The notes beneath the pieces were generated by a model. That model worked only from the letters and a program-made list of their open reading frames with translations. It did no database searches and was not told the DNA's origin. Both the position numbers and the translations under genes were made by a program. This document shows, one piece after another, positions 16,301 to 25,016 of a stretch of DNA of 64,000 nt. The DNA is taken from positions 416,001 to 480,000 of the forward strand of contig CBDBHB010000008.1 in the NCBI GenBank assembly GCA_965205505.1, given 5' to 3'. Numbering within the stretch: the stretch's first letter is position 1; every line of letters starts with the position of its first letter. The DNA is from Acidobacteriota bacterium (GTDB lineage Bacteria > Acidobacteriota > UBA890 > WLXD01).

Positions 16301-18721
16301 ATGTTGAACTGGCTCACGGAGCTGCGTCGCAGCTCCCGTACCCTGGTGCACGACACAGCGTTCTCGCTGCCGGTGTTCGTCTGCCTGGCTCTCACCATCG
16401 GGTCGGCGACCGCGGTGTTCAGCGTCGTCGACACCGTACTGCTAAAGCCGCTCCCCTTTCCCGAAGCGGGCCGCATACGATCGCTCTTCGGCACCATGCC
16501 AGGCTCGGGCGACACCCGCTTCAACCTGTCGGCCACGAGAACCGCCGCATTGGTGGCCGATACAGAAGCCTTCGAGTCGGTCGCCTGGTGGCGGCCGAGC
16601 GTCGTCGGCCTCACTGGCGAGGGCGATCCGCGTCAGCTCAGCAGCGCCGAGGCCGCACCGACCTTCTTCGATACGCTGGGTATCCAACCGGTGGTGGGCG
16701 GGGGATTCGCCGAGACGGCGCGGGCGGGCGAGCGCGTCGCCTACCTGAGCGAAGCGCTCTGGTTGCAGGACTTCGATGGCGACCCGAATGTGGTCGGCCG
16801 GCGCATGAGCATCGACGACCTGCCGACAACGGTCGCCGGAATCGTCCCGGCCAGCCAGGTGCTGCCCCCGGGGACCGACATCTGGCTGCCGCTGCTGCTC
16901 GAGAACACTCCCGACGACCGGCTCCACAGCGGCAACCTGAACGTCATCGCGAGGCTTGCCGACGGCGTTAACGACCAGGAGCTCAGTGAGCGGCTCGAGC
17001 GCATCGCTGCCGACATGGAGGCGCGTTATCCGGCCCACTACCGCGACGTGGCCCTCGGCGTGCAGTCGCTTCGCACCCAGATCATCGACGACGCCGGCCA
17101 GTTGCTGGTGGTGCTGCTGGTGGCGGTCGGCCTGCTCCTGGTGCTGGGCTCGGCCAACGTTGCCAACCTGGTGATGGTGCGCAACCGGCGCCAGCGGCTG
17201 ATGGTGGCGACACGGGCCGCGCTCGGGGGCTCCCGAGCGACGATCGTCAGATGGCTCCTGAGCGAGCTGCTGCTGCTCGGCGGGCTCGCTGCCGCCGCCG
17301 GCAGTGGACTGGCAGCCATGCTGGCGCCGTCACTGCTGCGAATCACACAAATCGTTGGGCCGGGGATGGATGCCAGCGTCGTGGATCCTCGAACGTTGGC
17401 GTTCACCACACTGATCACGCTGGTGGCGAGCCTGACGGTGGGCATCGTCCCGGCGCTGCGCGCCGCGCGCCTGGATCTGGCTAGTGTGCTGCGCGTTGGC
17501 GGCGCCCGCACCTCGGACGGCGCCGCAGCGAGGCGCTCGCAGGGGCTGTTAATCGCCAGTCAGGCCGCCATGGGTGTAGTGCTCGTGGTCACCGCCGGCC
17601 AGACCCTCGGCGAGCTACACCGCCTGAGTGTGGTGGATGAGGGCTACCGAACCGACGGGCTGGTGACCATCCAGACACGAGCACCGGAAAGCCGCTACCC
17701 CGAGACGGCGCATTTCCGGCAACTGTTCACGGGGATTCGCGAGACGCTCGAGACCGTGCCCGGTGTCGAACAGGTCGGGGCATCTTCGATCCTGCCCGTC
17801 GGCGATTGGGGCGCGACGTTCTCGATGTCGATCCAGGACCGCCCGCCAGAGGAGCCCAACCAGGTGGAGCTCGCACAGGGGTACCTGGTGCTCCCGAACT
17901 ACCTCGAAACCATGGGCATTCGACTCCTGGCCGGCCGCACGATCGGGCCTGCCGACAACGCCGACGGGGCGCCCGTGGTGGTGGTCAGCCAGTCGTTCGC
18001 GGCGCGCTACTGGCCGGGCGAAGTGGCGGTAGGCAAGCGGCTGAAACGGCGCACGTACACGTCGAGCTTTCCGTGGACCACCGTGGTCGGCGTGGTCGAG
18101 GACGTGAGCAGCGATGGCGTCGACAACGCCGAGGGTGTCGCCATGTACCTGCCGCACGGGCAGACCACCACGGCCTTCAACCACTGGATGACCTTCGTCG
18201 TGCGCTCCGACCGGCCACTCGACCAGCTAGTGGCCGAGCTCCGTGGCCGTATCGCCGCGGTCGATGCAGACCTCCCGCTGGCCCGCGTCGCCACCATCGA
18301 GCAGCTCGTCAGTGACTCGCTCGCCACCCGCCGCCTGGCGAGCGGTATGCTCGGCGTCTTCGCCCTCATCGGACTGACGCTCCTGGCCACGGGCACCTAC
18401 GGGGTCGTGGCGTTCGCCGTGGCACAGCGCCGCGCGGAGCTCGGGTTGCGTCGCGCCCTCGGGGCCGAGGGATCGGGGCTGATCCTGCTGGTGCTGCGGG
18501 GCAACGTCGGTTCGCTGGCGGGCGGAACGATTACCGGTCTGGTGACGGCAGCGAGCCTATCGCGCCTCGTCGATCCCACCTTGTTGCCGCCGGCGGCGCC
18601 GACTCTGTATGTCCTTGCGGCGGTGATGTTGGTCGTCGTGGGATTGGTGGCCTCATTACCCCCGGCGCTGCGCGCGGCGCGCCTCGACCCCACCCTTAGC
18701 CTGCGCGGCGGATTGAGCTAG
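16301..18721 (+). CDS. ADOP (Acidobacterial duplicated orphan) ABC permease
   Basis: 'LALTIGSATAVFSVVDTVLLKPLPF', two MacB/FtsX halves, 'YGVVAFAVAQRRAELGLRRALGA'. Confidence 0.92.
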   Translation: MLNWLTELRRSSRTLVHDTAFSLPVFVCLALTIGSATAVFSVVDTVLLKPLPFPEAGRIRSLFGTMPGSGDTRFNLSATRTAALVADTEAFESVAWWRPSVVGLTGEGDPRQLSSAEAAPTFFDTLGIQPVVGGGFAETARAGERVAYLSEALWLQDFDGDPNVVGRRMSIDDLPTTVAGIVPASQVLPPGTDIWLPLLLENTPDDRLHSGNLNVIARLADGVNDQELSERLERIAADMEARYPAHYRDVALGVQSLRTQIIDDAGQLLVVLLVAVGLLLVLGSANVANLVMVRNRRQRLMVATRAALGGSRATIVRWLLSELLLLGGLAAAAGSGLAAMLAPSLLRITQIVGPGMDASVVDPRTLAFTTLITLVASLTVGIVPALRAARLDLASVLRVGGARTSDGAAARRSQGLLIASQAAMGVVLVVTAGQTLGELHRLSVVDEGYRTDGLVTIQTRAPESRYPETAHFRQLFTGIRETLETVPGVEQVGASSILPVGDWGATFSMSIQDRPPEEPNQVELAQGYLVLPNYLETMGIRLLAGRTIGPADNADGAPVVVVSQSFAARYWPGEVAVGKRLKRRTYTSSFPWTTVVGVVEDVSSDGVDNAEGVAMYLPHGQTTTAFNHWMTFVVRSDRPLDQLVAELRGRIAAVDADLPLARVATIEQLVSDSLATRRLASGMLGVFALIGLTLLATGTYGVVAFAVAQRRAELGLRRALGAEGSGLILLVLRGNVGSLAGGTITGLVTAASLSRLVDPTLLPPAAPTLYVLAAVMLVVVGLVASLPPALRAARLDPTLSLRGGLS

Positions 18722-18733
18722 ATTGGTGGCCAC

Positions 18734-19648
18734 ATGATCGAAATCCGTCACCTCCGCATTATCGACGCCATCGCCCGCGCCGGCACGCTGACCGAGGCGG
18801 CCCGCCGTGTGCATCTGAGCCAGCCGGCGGTGAGCCGGGCCCTGGCGGAGATCGAGACCCGCCTCGGCTTCGCGCTGTTTTATAGGGAACCTCGCGGCAT
18901 GACACCGACGCCGGAATGCGAGCGCCTCTTGCCCACCGCCGCAAAGACCCTCGACATGATCGCCGAGGTCGAACGCGACATGGCCAAGATGCACGACGCC
19001 GCCGACGTCATCGTCCGCATTACGACCGAGTGCTACACCTGCTACCACTGGCTGCCAGCGGCGCTCATGGCGTTCAGCGATGCGTACCCGCAAGTGGAAG
19101 TGCAGGTCAACGCCGACTCCTATCGCGCGCCGTTGCAAGCGTTGATCGAGGAGACGGTCGATCTGGCCATCGTGCACCAGTGCTCCGACGACGACGCGAT
19201 CTTCTACGTGCCCCTGTTCGACGACGAGATCGTCGCCATCATGGCTCCCGACCACCCGCTGGCGGCCAAATCGGTTCTGCAAGCGGAAGACTTCGCCGAC
19301 GAAATGTTGTTCCTGCACTCCGACCCGGAGCACACCGACCTGCTGACCCTGGTGCTCGAGCCGGCCGGAGTCCGTCCGTGCCGCGTCACCACGCTGCAGC
19401 TGAGCGAGGCCGTTCTGGGGATGGTGGCGGCCGGCATGGGAATAAGCGCCGTGGCCACCTGGGTGGCCGAGCCGCAGGTGCGCGCCGGCAAGCTGGTCAC
19501 TCGACCGGTGGCCGGCGACAGCTTGCGCCGCTCGTGGTTCGCCGCCTACCGCGCCCGCGACTCCCGACGCGTCGCGCTCAACGCCCTGGTGGATGCGATC
19601 CGCGGACAGCTGACGCAATTGCGCCTGGTTGCCGCCTCCCGCGCCTGA
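18734..19648 (+). CDS. LysR-family transcriptional regulator
   Basis: 'GTLTEAARRVHLSQPAVSRALAEIE', 'ITTECYTCYHWLP'. Confidence 0.95.
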   Translation: MIEIRHLRIIDAIARAGTLTEAARRVHLSQPAVSRALAEIETRLGFALFYREPRGMTPTPECERLLPTAAKTLDMIAEVERDMAKMHDAADVIVRITTECYTCYHWLPAALMAFSDAYPQVEVQVNADSYRAPLQALIEETVDLAIVHQCSDDDAIFYVPLFDDEIVAIMAPDHPLAAKSVLQAEDFADEMLFLHSDPEHTDLLTLVLEPAGVRPCRVTTLQLSEAVLGMVAAGMGISAVATWVAEPQVRAGKLVTRPVAGDSLRRSWFAAYRARDSRRVALNALVDAIRGQLTQLRLVAASRA

Positions 19649-19710
19649 GAGCGCAGAGACGCAACGGGAAGCCAAACGGCGATCCGCGCCGCTGCAGCAA
19701 GGCGGACGGC

Positions 19711-19989
19711 CTAGCAGGCCGTGGTGAAAGTGTGGTGGGTCTGGCGACAGGGACTTGCGAAGTGGAGGCAAGGAGAGAGGAGGAGGCGATGGTTACCCCA
19801 TCGTTGACGAGGAACGACGCAGCATACGCGCGCAACCCCCTGTCGCCCGAAGGGTTACGGCGAGTTGGGGCAATTTGCGGCGTTGGCCTTCCTCGACGAT
19901 GGCTAGGGCATCGCCTGTGTCAGGCCGCCTTGCATCTGGCCCCAACTCGCCGTAACCAGACCCACCACACTTTCACCACGGCCTGCTAG
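19711..19989. mobile_element. 279-bp MITE with perfect 34-bp terminal inverted repeats ending in CTAG
   Basis: CTAGCAGGCCGTGGTGAAAGTGTGGTGGGTCTGG (19711-19744) is the exact reverse complement of 19956-19989; no transposase. Confidence 0.88.
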
Positions 19990-19990
19990 A

Positions 19991-21853
19991 TCAGCTCGAT
20001 GGCACCTCTAGCTTGCTGGCCAGCCAGACGGCGATACGCTCGGCCAGGCTCGGATGCGTTGCGAGAAGGCGGCTGGCGTGCTCTGTCCCCGGAACCATCA
20101 ACAGCTCGACGCTGTGACTCTTTTCCCGCAGCGACGCCACGATGTCGTGGAGGTGACGCTCGTCTCTTGACGCGATGAACAGCCAGGGAATGCCGCTGGA
20201 GTCGATCGCGTCGATGGACTCGTCGCTGAACGACCCGGGCGACAGCGCCACGTAGGCCTGCGCGTTTCCATACAGCCTGCCGGCCTCTGCCATTTCCTCG
20301 CCGCTGTAGCTGGCACCCAGGACCGCAATTCTGTCGCCATCGATTTGCGGATGCGCTCTCAGGTACCGCTGCGCGGCGGCGACATCGACCTCTGAATCCC
20401 AGATCAACGGATCGGGTGAGCGTTCGTAGGGTACAAAGCGACCGAGATTGATGCTCTCGCCGTGCCCCCGCAGATCCAGCCGCAACGACGCCACACCCTT
20501 GTTGGCCAGATGAACTGCCAGGGCTTCGTAGACCGTCCGGTCGTCTGCTGCCTTGTTGAGCATTAGAACGGCGGGGGCGGCCTGCTGCGACGCCGGGAGT
20601 CGGAGGTCGCCGACCAGCTCCCAACCATCGTTGGGCACCACGACCCGCACTTCAGTAGCGGTTGTCTGGGCGGGGAGCTCTTCGAACGGGAAGACGCGGC
20701 ACTGCACACCCCAACCACCGAAGGCTTCGGAGATGGCGAACCAGAGCTCGTTGTCTCCCGTCTTCAACGGCAACCACAGCTCGTCGAAGAGTCCGATGGT
20801 GCCCAGGTAGCGGTAGTCGCGGGTGCGATAGGTATTGTCGCCGCCGTAGAGCAGCTGACCGTTGAGATAGACGTTGACGCGGTCGCTGTAGCCGAAGCTG
20901 GTCTTGACGACCCTTTCCTGCTCGGAATGGATCGTGAGGCGCGTGATCGCCGTATCACGACCATCCGCGATCCCTTGAACCTCCGCCAGGTTGGCAATAC
21001 CGGTGCGGTCTGATTGCAGCGCCGTCCAGCTGAGCTCCGCCGAGAGCTCATCGGGAAAGCTCGTCGATCCCTCTAGCCGGCTGCCCTCGAAGGCGCTCGA
21101 AACCTGCCACTCCGTGACTGTCCCTGCCGGCGTCGGCGCTGCACTCCGTGGTGCGCCACGCAACGGCGGATCCTGGATCTTCCGATAGCTGAAATCGGCG
21201 AAGTGCGTCGCCACCACCTCGGAGGAAACCCGCAGACCAATGAGGCCTGGCCGCACGGGCCGCTTGAGCTCGTTGATCACCAACACAGGCTCATCGGAGT
21301 CGACGTAGACCTCGCCTCGGCTGCCGGAGATGACGATCTTGACGTGCGTCCACTCGTCGAACCGATAGTCGATCTGGGCGCTGTAGCCCTCTCCGTGGTA
21401 CAGCTGCCACGACGACAGTCCGTAAAACGCCGGGTTGTACTGGCTGGCGTCGGGGTTGCCGCTCTGGTGCGGACGCATGTAGAACTCTTCGTACTCTCCG
21501 GGCTCCTGCATACGCCAGACGGCGCCCGCGAAGACGCGCTCTGGCGGCAGGGCGACATCGAACTCGAGGATGCCATCGACAAACTCGTCGTCGGCTATCC
21601 ACGCGTAGCCGCCTAGCAAGTAGAGGCTGCTCTTGCCCAGGTGCTCCTCTACGCGCGCTTCGATGGCAGAAAACTCCCATCGATCGGAATCGAACGGCAC
21701 CGGGAGCGATTGCTGGGCGAATAGCGCTGCCGGGCTGGCCACCAGCACTCCGAACACGACAATGAGCACGGCACTGGGCACGCCACGGAACACGCCATTG
21801 GGCAGGTATCGGCCTGGTGTTGAATCAGAGACCCTCGAAAAGCTCTCGAACAT
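19991..21853 (-). CDS. Secreted beta-sandwich (DUF1080-like) protein fused to an alpha/beta hydrolase
   Basis: Signal peptide; 'DGILEFDV...YEEFYMRPH'; C-terminal 'LRLDLRGHGES', 'IAVLGASYSG', 'GTEHA'. Confidence 0.78.
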   Translation of the reverse strand: MFESFSRVSDSTPGRYLPNGVFRGVPSAVLIVVFGVLVASPAALFAQQSLPVPFDSDRWEFSAIEARVEEHLGKSSLYLLGGYAWIADDEFVDGILEFDVALPPERVFAGAVWRMQEPGEYEEFYMRPHQSGNPDASQYNPAFYGLSSWQLYHGEGYSAQIDYRFDEWTHVKIVISGSRGEVYVDSDEPVLVINELKRPVRPGLIGLRVSSEVVATHFADFSYRKIQDPPLRGAPRSAAPTPAGTVTEWQVSSAFEGSRLEGSTSFPDELSAELSWTALQSDRTGIANLAEVQGIADGRDTAITRLTIHSEQERVVKTSFGYSDRVNVYLNGQLLYGGDNTYRTRDYRYLGTIGLFDELWLPLKTGDNELWFAISEAFGGWGVQCRVFPFEELPAQTTATEVRVVVPNDGWELVGDLRLPASQQAAPAVLMLNKAADDRTVYEALAVHLANKGVASLRLDLRGHGESINLGRFVPYERSPDPLIWDSEVDVAAAQRYLRAHPQIDGDRIAVLGASYSGEEMAEAGRLYGNAQAYVALSPGSFSDESIDAIDSSGIPWLFIASRDERHLHDIVASLREKSHSVELLMVPGTEHASRLLATHPSLAERIAVWLASKLEVPSS

Positions 21854-22046
21854 ACAAAAATCCCTCCGGCGGGTGTGTCAAAGCGGCGGAACCAGGCTCG
21901 AATGAGCCGCTTGAAGCCTATCGCCGGAGCACGCAGGGTTCCACGGGACGAGAGTCCTGACCGTAGCGACAACAATCAAGCGTGGTACCAAGCGAGCGGT
22001 ACGCATTGAAGGCACTGCCAACGAACCCACGCGGCGATTCGCCCGG

Positions 22047-24320
22047 CTAGTGGCCTTCCACCACGCGCAGCGGCATCAGCCTGGGCGCCTGGCCATCCGC
22101 GGTCGTATCCACTACTTGCAGCTCGACCAGGTACTCGCCGGGGGCGAGATACGGCAGCGGCAACATCCCGCCGTATACGCCCGGACCCTCGGGCCGCAAT
22201 GCGTAGGCCGGTACCTCCGCGATGGTGTTCCGTGTTGCATGATGGAAGATCGAGGCTGAAACGTGGGGCCGCGTCGCGCCGCTAACTTGAACGCTCGCGA
22301 AGATCTGGATGCCCTCGGATACGCCCTCGTCTAGCAGGGGTCTGAACGCGGCATCGGCCTCCAATACGCCGAGCATCGGATCCGCCATCGTCCACCCGTC
22401 GCTGGACGGAACCTGCACCTGCAGCCTCGACGTGCCGAATCGGTCACCGCCGTCTTCAGCGATCAGCAGCCGGATGTCGTGGATTCCTGGCTCGACGGAC
22501 CACTCCGTCGTGTATCGGAGGTGCTGGAACGGTGCAACCGGTGCGTACCCCGCCAGATCGGTGTGTGGCAGAACCGTCGCGTGAGTCTCGCCGCTGATCT
22601 CGCCCGCACGATCCAACGCGATGGCATGCACTTGGAAGTACGGGATGCCGAGCACGTCGACCAGCTCCTCGCGGTTATCCGCGGCGGGACCGATCCCCTC
22701 GAAGGCGGGCGCCCAGGTACCGGCGATCGTCTCCGCGGGCCGCGGCAACCCGACAACCAGTAGGATCTTGGGCGAGCCGTCGGGCTCAAAGCGGTGGAAC
22801 GCGGCGGCGGGCACCGGGCGTCCCATGACTGAGCCCGGCAGCGCCAAGGCTGCGGCCACCTTGCGCGCCCTGAGCTCCGAATCCGGCAGCTCTCGATAGC
22901 CTGACCGAGCTCGAACCTCCACCTCCGGGTAGCTAACCTGCACCTCGATCTCGTGGTACTCGCCATCCTCGTGTGGCGCCGGTGGCTCATAGAAGATCAA
23001 GTAGAACTGCGTCGCGTCGTTGTACTGCTCCTCGAACGCCCGGTCGAGATCGCTCCAGCCGATGAACGACCGGCCGCCGGTCTTCGCAGCCAGGTCCACG
23101 AGCGGTACGGTGAGATCGCGATAGGCTGGCCGCACGTGGCGTCGCAGAGCCGTGGAGACCACGGCAGTGCCGATGGTGGCGCTGGTGCTGAGGTTGTTGA
23201 GTTCCGAGATCGGGCGCGGATCGACCGTGTAAATGCTCACGTTGCCGGTGTTCGCAGTTTCGTACACCTCGTCCATCAAGTCGACGACGCGCTGGCTCAG
23301 TGCCGATCTTTCAACAGTCGAAGGTCCCGTCGGAGCGTTGACTGCCTGACGCACCGCCGTTGCGAAAGCCGAGTAGGGGCCCCCCTCGGTGATCATCGCA
23401 CCGGAGGAGATCCACACCAGGGCAGTGCGGCCTTCCATTGCCGACAAGGCGTTGATGAAGTGAAGAAGAGTCCGAAGTGTCTGCTCGGCGCGCCGGCGCT
23501 CGCGCTCGCCATCCAACCTGGCCTTTCGCTCGAGGTTGTCGAGAAGCTGGAGCACCATGACCGGGGTCAAAGTGGCGCGACGCAGCGCCCCCGGCGAATT
23601 GGACGCGTCGATCGCCAACTGCATGAATGGCTCATACTCCTGCTCCATGCGGCTAAAGATAGACATGCTCGTCAGCCCCGCCGCCGCCACCGACGCCGCC
23701 GCGTTGCGAAGCACTTCACGATCGGTTGTCAGTGGGGCCATCTCCTGCACTGTGCCGGTGTTGTCGATCAGGAACACGCTGCGCGGCACCTCCAGGTCAC
23801 CCTCCCCTTCGAAGAAACTCCCGAGAGTCTTGATAAGCCGAGGGTTGTTCCTTCGATCCAGGCTCGGCAGGTCGACCAGGTAGACCACAGCCCCGAGACT
23901 TGCAGGGCTTCGCCGGACGGGTGTGGGCTCCGCTGGCACAGCGAGCGATTCGGCGCGCGCAGTGACCGCTTCGTCGTGAGAGGCCACCTTGGTGACCTGT
24001 CCTCTTGTCAGGCTGACGAACTGGACGTTCAAGATCTCCTGCTCGACTCCGTCCTCGAAGACCCGGAAGTCGTCCGCCTTCAAGTCGTGGATGAAGTTGC
24101 CGTCCTTGTCGGCAACGATGGCGTCGACACGCACGCGCCTGACCGCCGACCGGAACATCGGCCTCTGCGCCGGCAGCGCCTCCTGAGCCAGCATCACGGA
24201 AGACGCCGCACTCCAGCTCACGCCGGGCACCGCGACGGCACTCGCAACCGGTAGCCCGGTGACGGTCAACGCCAAGACGAAGCCGAAGAAACGAATTGCG
24301 TGCTCACGCTCTTTCACCAA
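22047..24320 (-). CDS. Acidobacterial VWFA-related domain protein
   Basis: 'VRVDAIVADKDG..IHDLKADDFRVFEDG', 'LAAKTGGR', 'DGEYHEIEVQV...VRARSGY'. Confidence 0.88.
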   Translation of the reverse strand: MVKEREHAIRFFGFVLALTVTGLPVASAVAVPGVSWSAASSVMLAQEALPAQRPMFRSAVRRVRVDAIVADKDGNFIHDLKADDFRVFEDGVEQEILNVQFVSLTRGQVTKVASHDEAVTARAESLAVPAEPTPVRRSPASLGAVVYLVDLPSLDRRNNPRLIKTLGSFFEGEGDLEVPRSVFLIDNTGTVQEMAPLTTDREVLRNAAASVAAAGLTSMSIFSRMEQEYEPFMQLAIDASNSPGALRRATLTPVMVLQLLDNLERKARLDGERERRRAEQTLRTLLHFINALSAMEGRTALVWISSGAMITEGGPYSAFATAVRQAVNAPTGPSTVERSALSQRVVDLMDEVYETANTGNVSIYTVDPRPISELNNLSTSATIGTAVVSTALRRHVRPAYRDLTVPLVDLAAKTGGRSFIGWSDLDRAFEEQYNDATQFYLIFYEPPAPHEDGEYHEIEVQVSYPEVEVRARSGYRELPDSELRARKVAAALALPGSVMGRPVPAAAFHRFEPDGSPKILLVVGLPRPAETIAGTWAPAFEGIGPAADNREELVDVLGIPYFQVHAIALDRAGEISGETHATVLPHTDLAGYAPVAPFQHLRYTTEWSVEPGIHDIRLLIAEDGGDRFGTSRLQVQVPSSDGWTMADPMLGVLEADAAFRPLLDEGVSEGIQIFASVQVSGATRPHVSASIFHHATRNTIAEVPAYALRPEGPGVYGGMLPLPYLAPGEYLVELQVVDTTADGQAPRLMPLRVVEGH

Positions 24321-24351
24321 AGATCTCCTGCGCCCAAGGGCACCTCACACA

Positions 24352-24474
24352 TCACCGCAAACCTACCCGCCGGCGGCCCAGGCGCGTGTCCTGCGCCAGG
24401 TACACCTCACCCATGCCGCCAGCACCGAGCTGCTCGGTGATCTCGTAATGGCCTAGTTTCGTGCCGGGTTCCAT
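24352..24474 (-). pseudogene. Ser/Thr protein kinase, N-terminal fragment
   Basis: '[34 protein letters not shown]' stops before the VAIK lysine. Confidence 0.85.
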
Positions 24475-24542
24475 GGCGCTACCGAGGCAGGGTGGGTGAG
24501 CGCCTGAAGCGTACCGCTGGGGCACGCGTGGGTCCACGGGAG

Positions 24543-24982
24543 GGCACTGTCAAGTTAACGCGCTGCCTGGCACCGTTCGCCGATGAGCAATGATCGGCTG
24601 AGCTATCGTCGGCGCCGCTTCCTGCCCGAGATCATCAGCCACGCCGTTTGGCTGTATCATCGCTTTGGCTTGAGCCTCCGAGACGTCGAAGATCTCCTGG
24701 CGGAGCGAGGTGTCACCGTCTCGTACGAGGCGATCCGGTATTGGTGCGCGAAGTTCGGCCTGGAGTACGCCCGCAGGCTTCGTCAGCGGCAAGGCCGGCT
24801 CGGAGACGCACCGGAGTGTGATGCCCTCGGTGGAGCACGTAACCAGGCGCTACGCGGACTACCGGGTACTTCGCACTAGTGCTTTTGGGACCTGGAGTGC
24901 GGTAGTCACCGCCTGAAGGAACCCAACTCCAGGGCCAGAACTTGCCCCAATCCGAGCGTCGCGCAGTTAACTTGACAGTGCC
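24543..24982 (+). mobile_element. IS6-family element, internally deleted (440 bp)
   Basis: TIRs GGCACTGTCAAGTTAAC at 24543 and its complement ending 24982; transposase N-terminus 'RFLPEIISHAVWLYHRFGLSLRDVEDLLAERG' (24583-) without the DDE core. Confidence 0.92.
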
Positions 24983-25016
24983 CTGGCCGATGACCTCAAG
25001 CACCTCGCCGTAAGCC

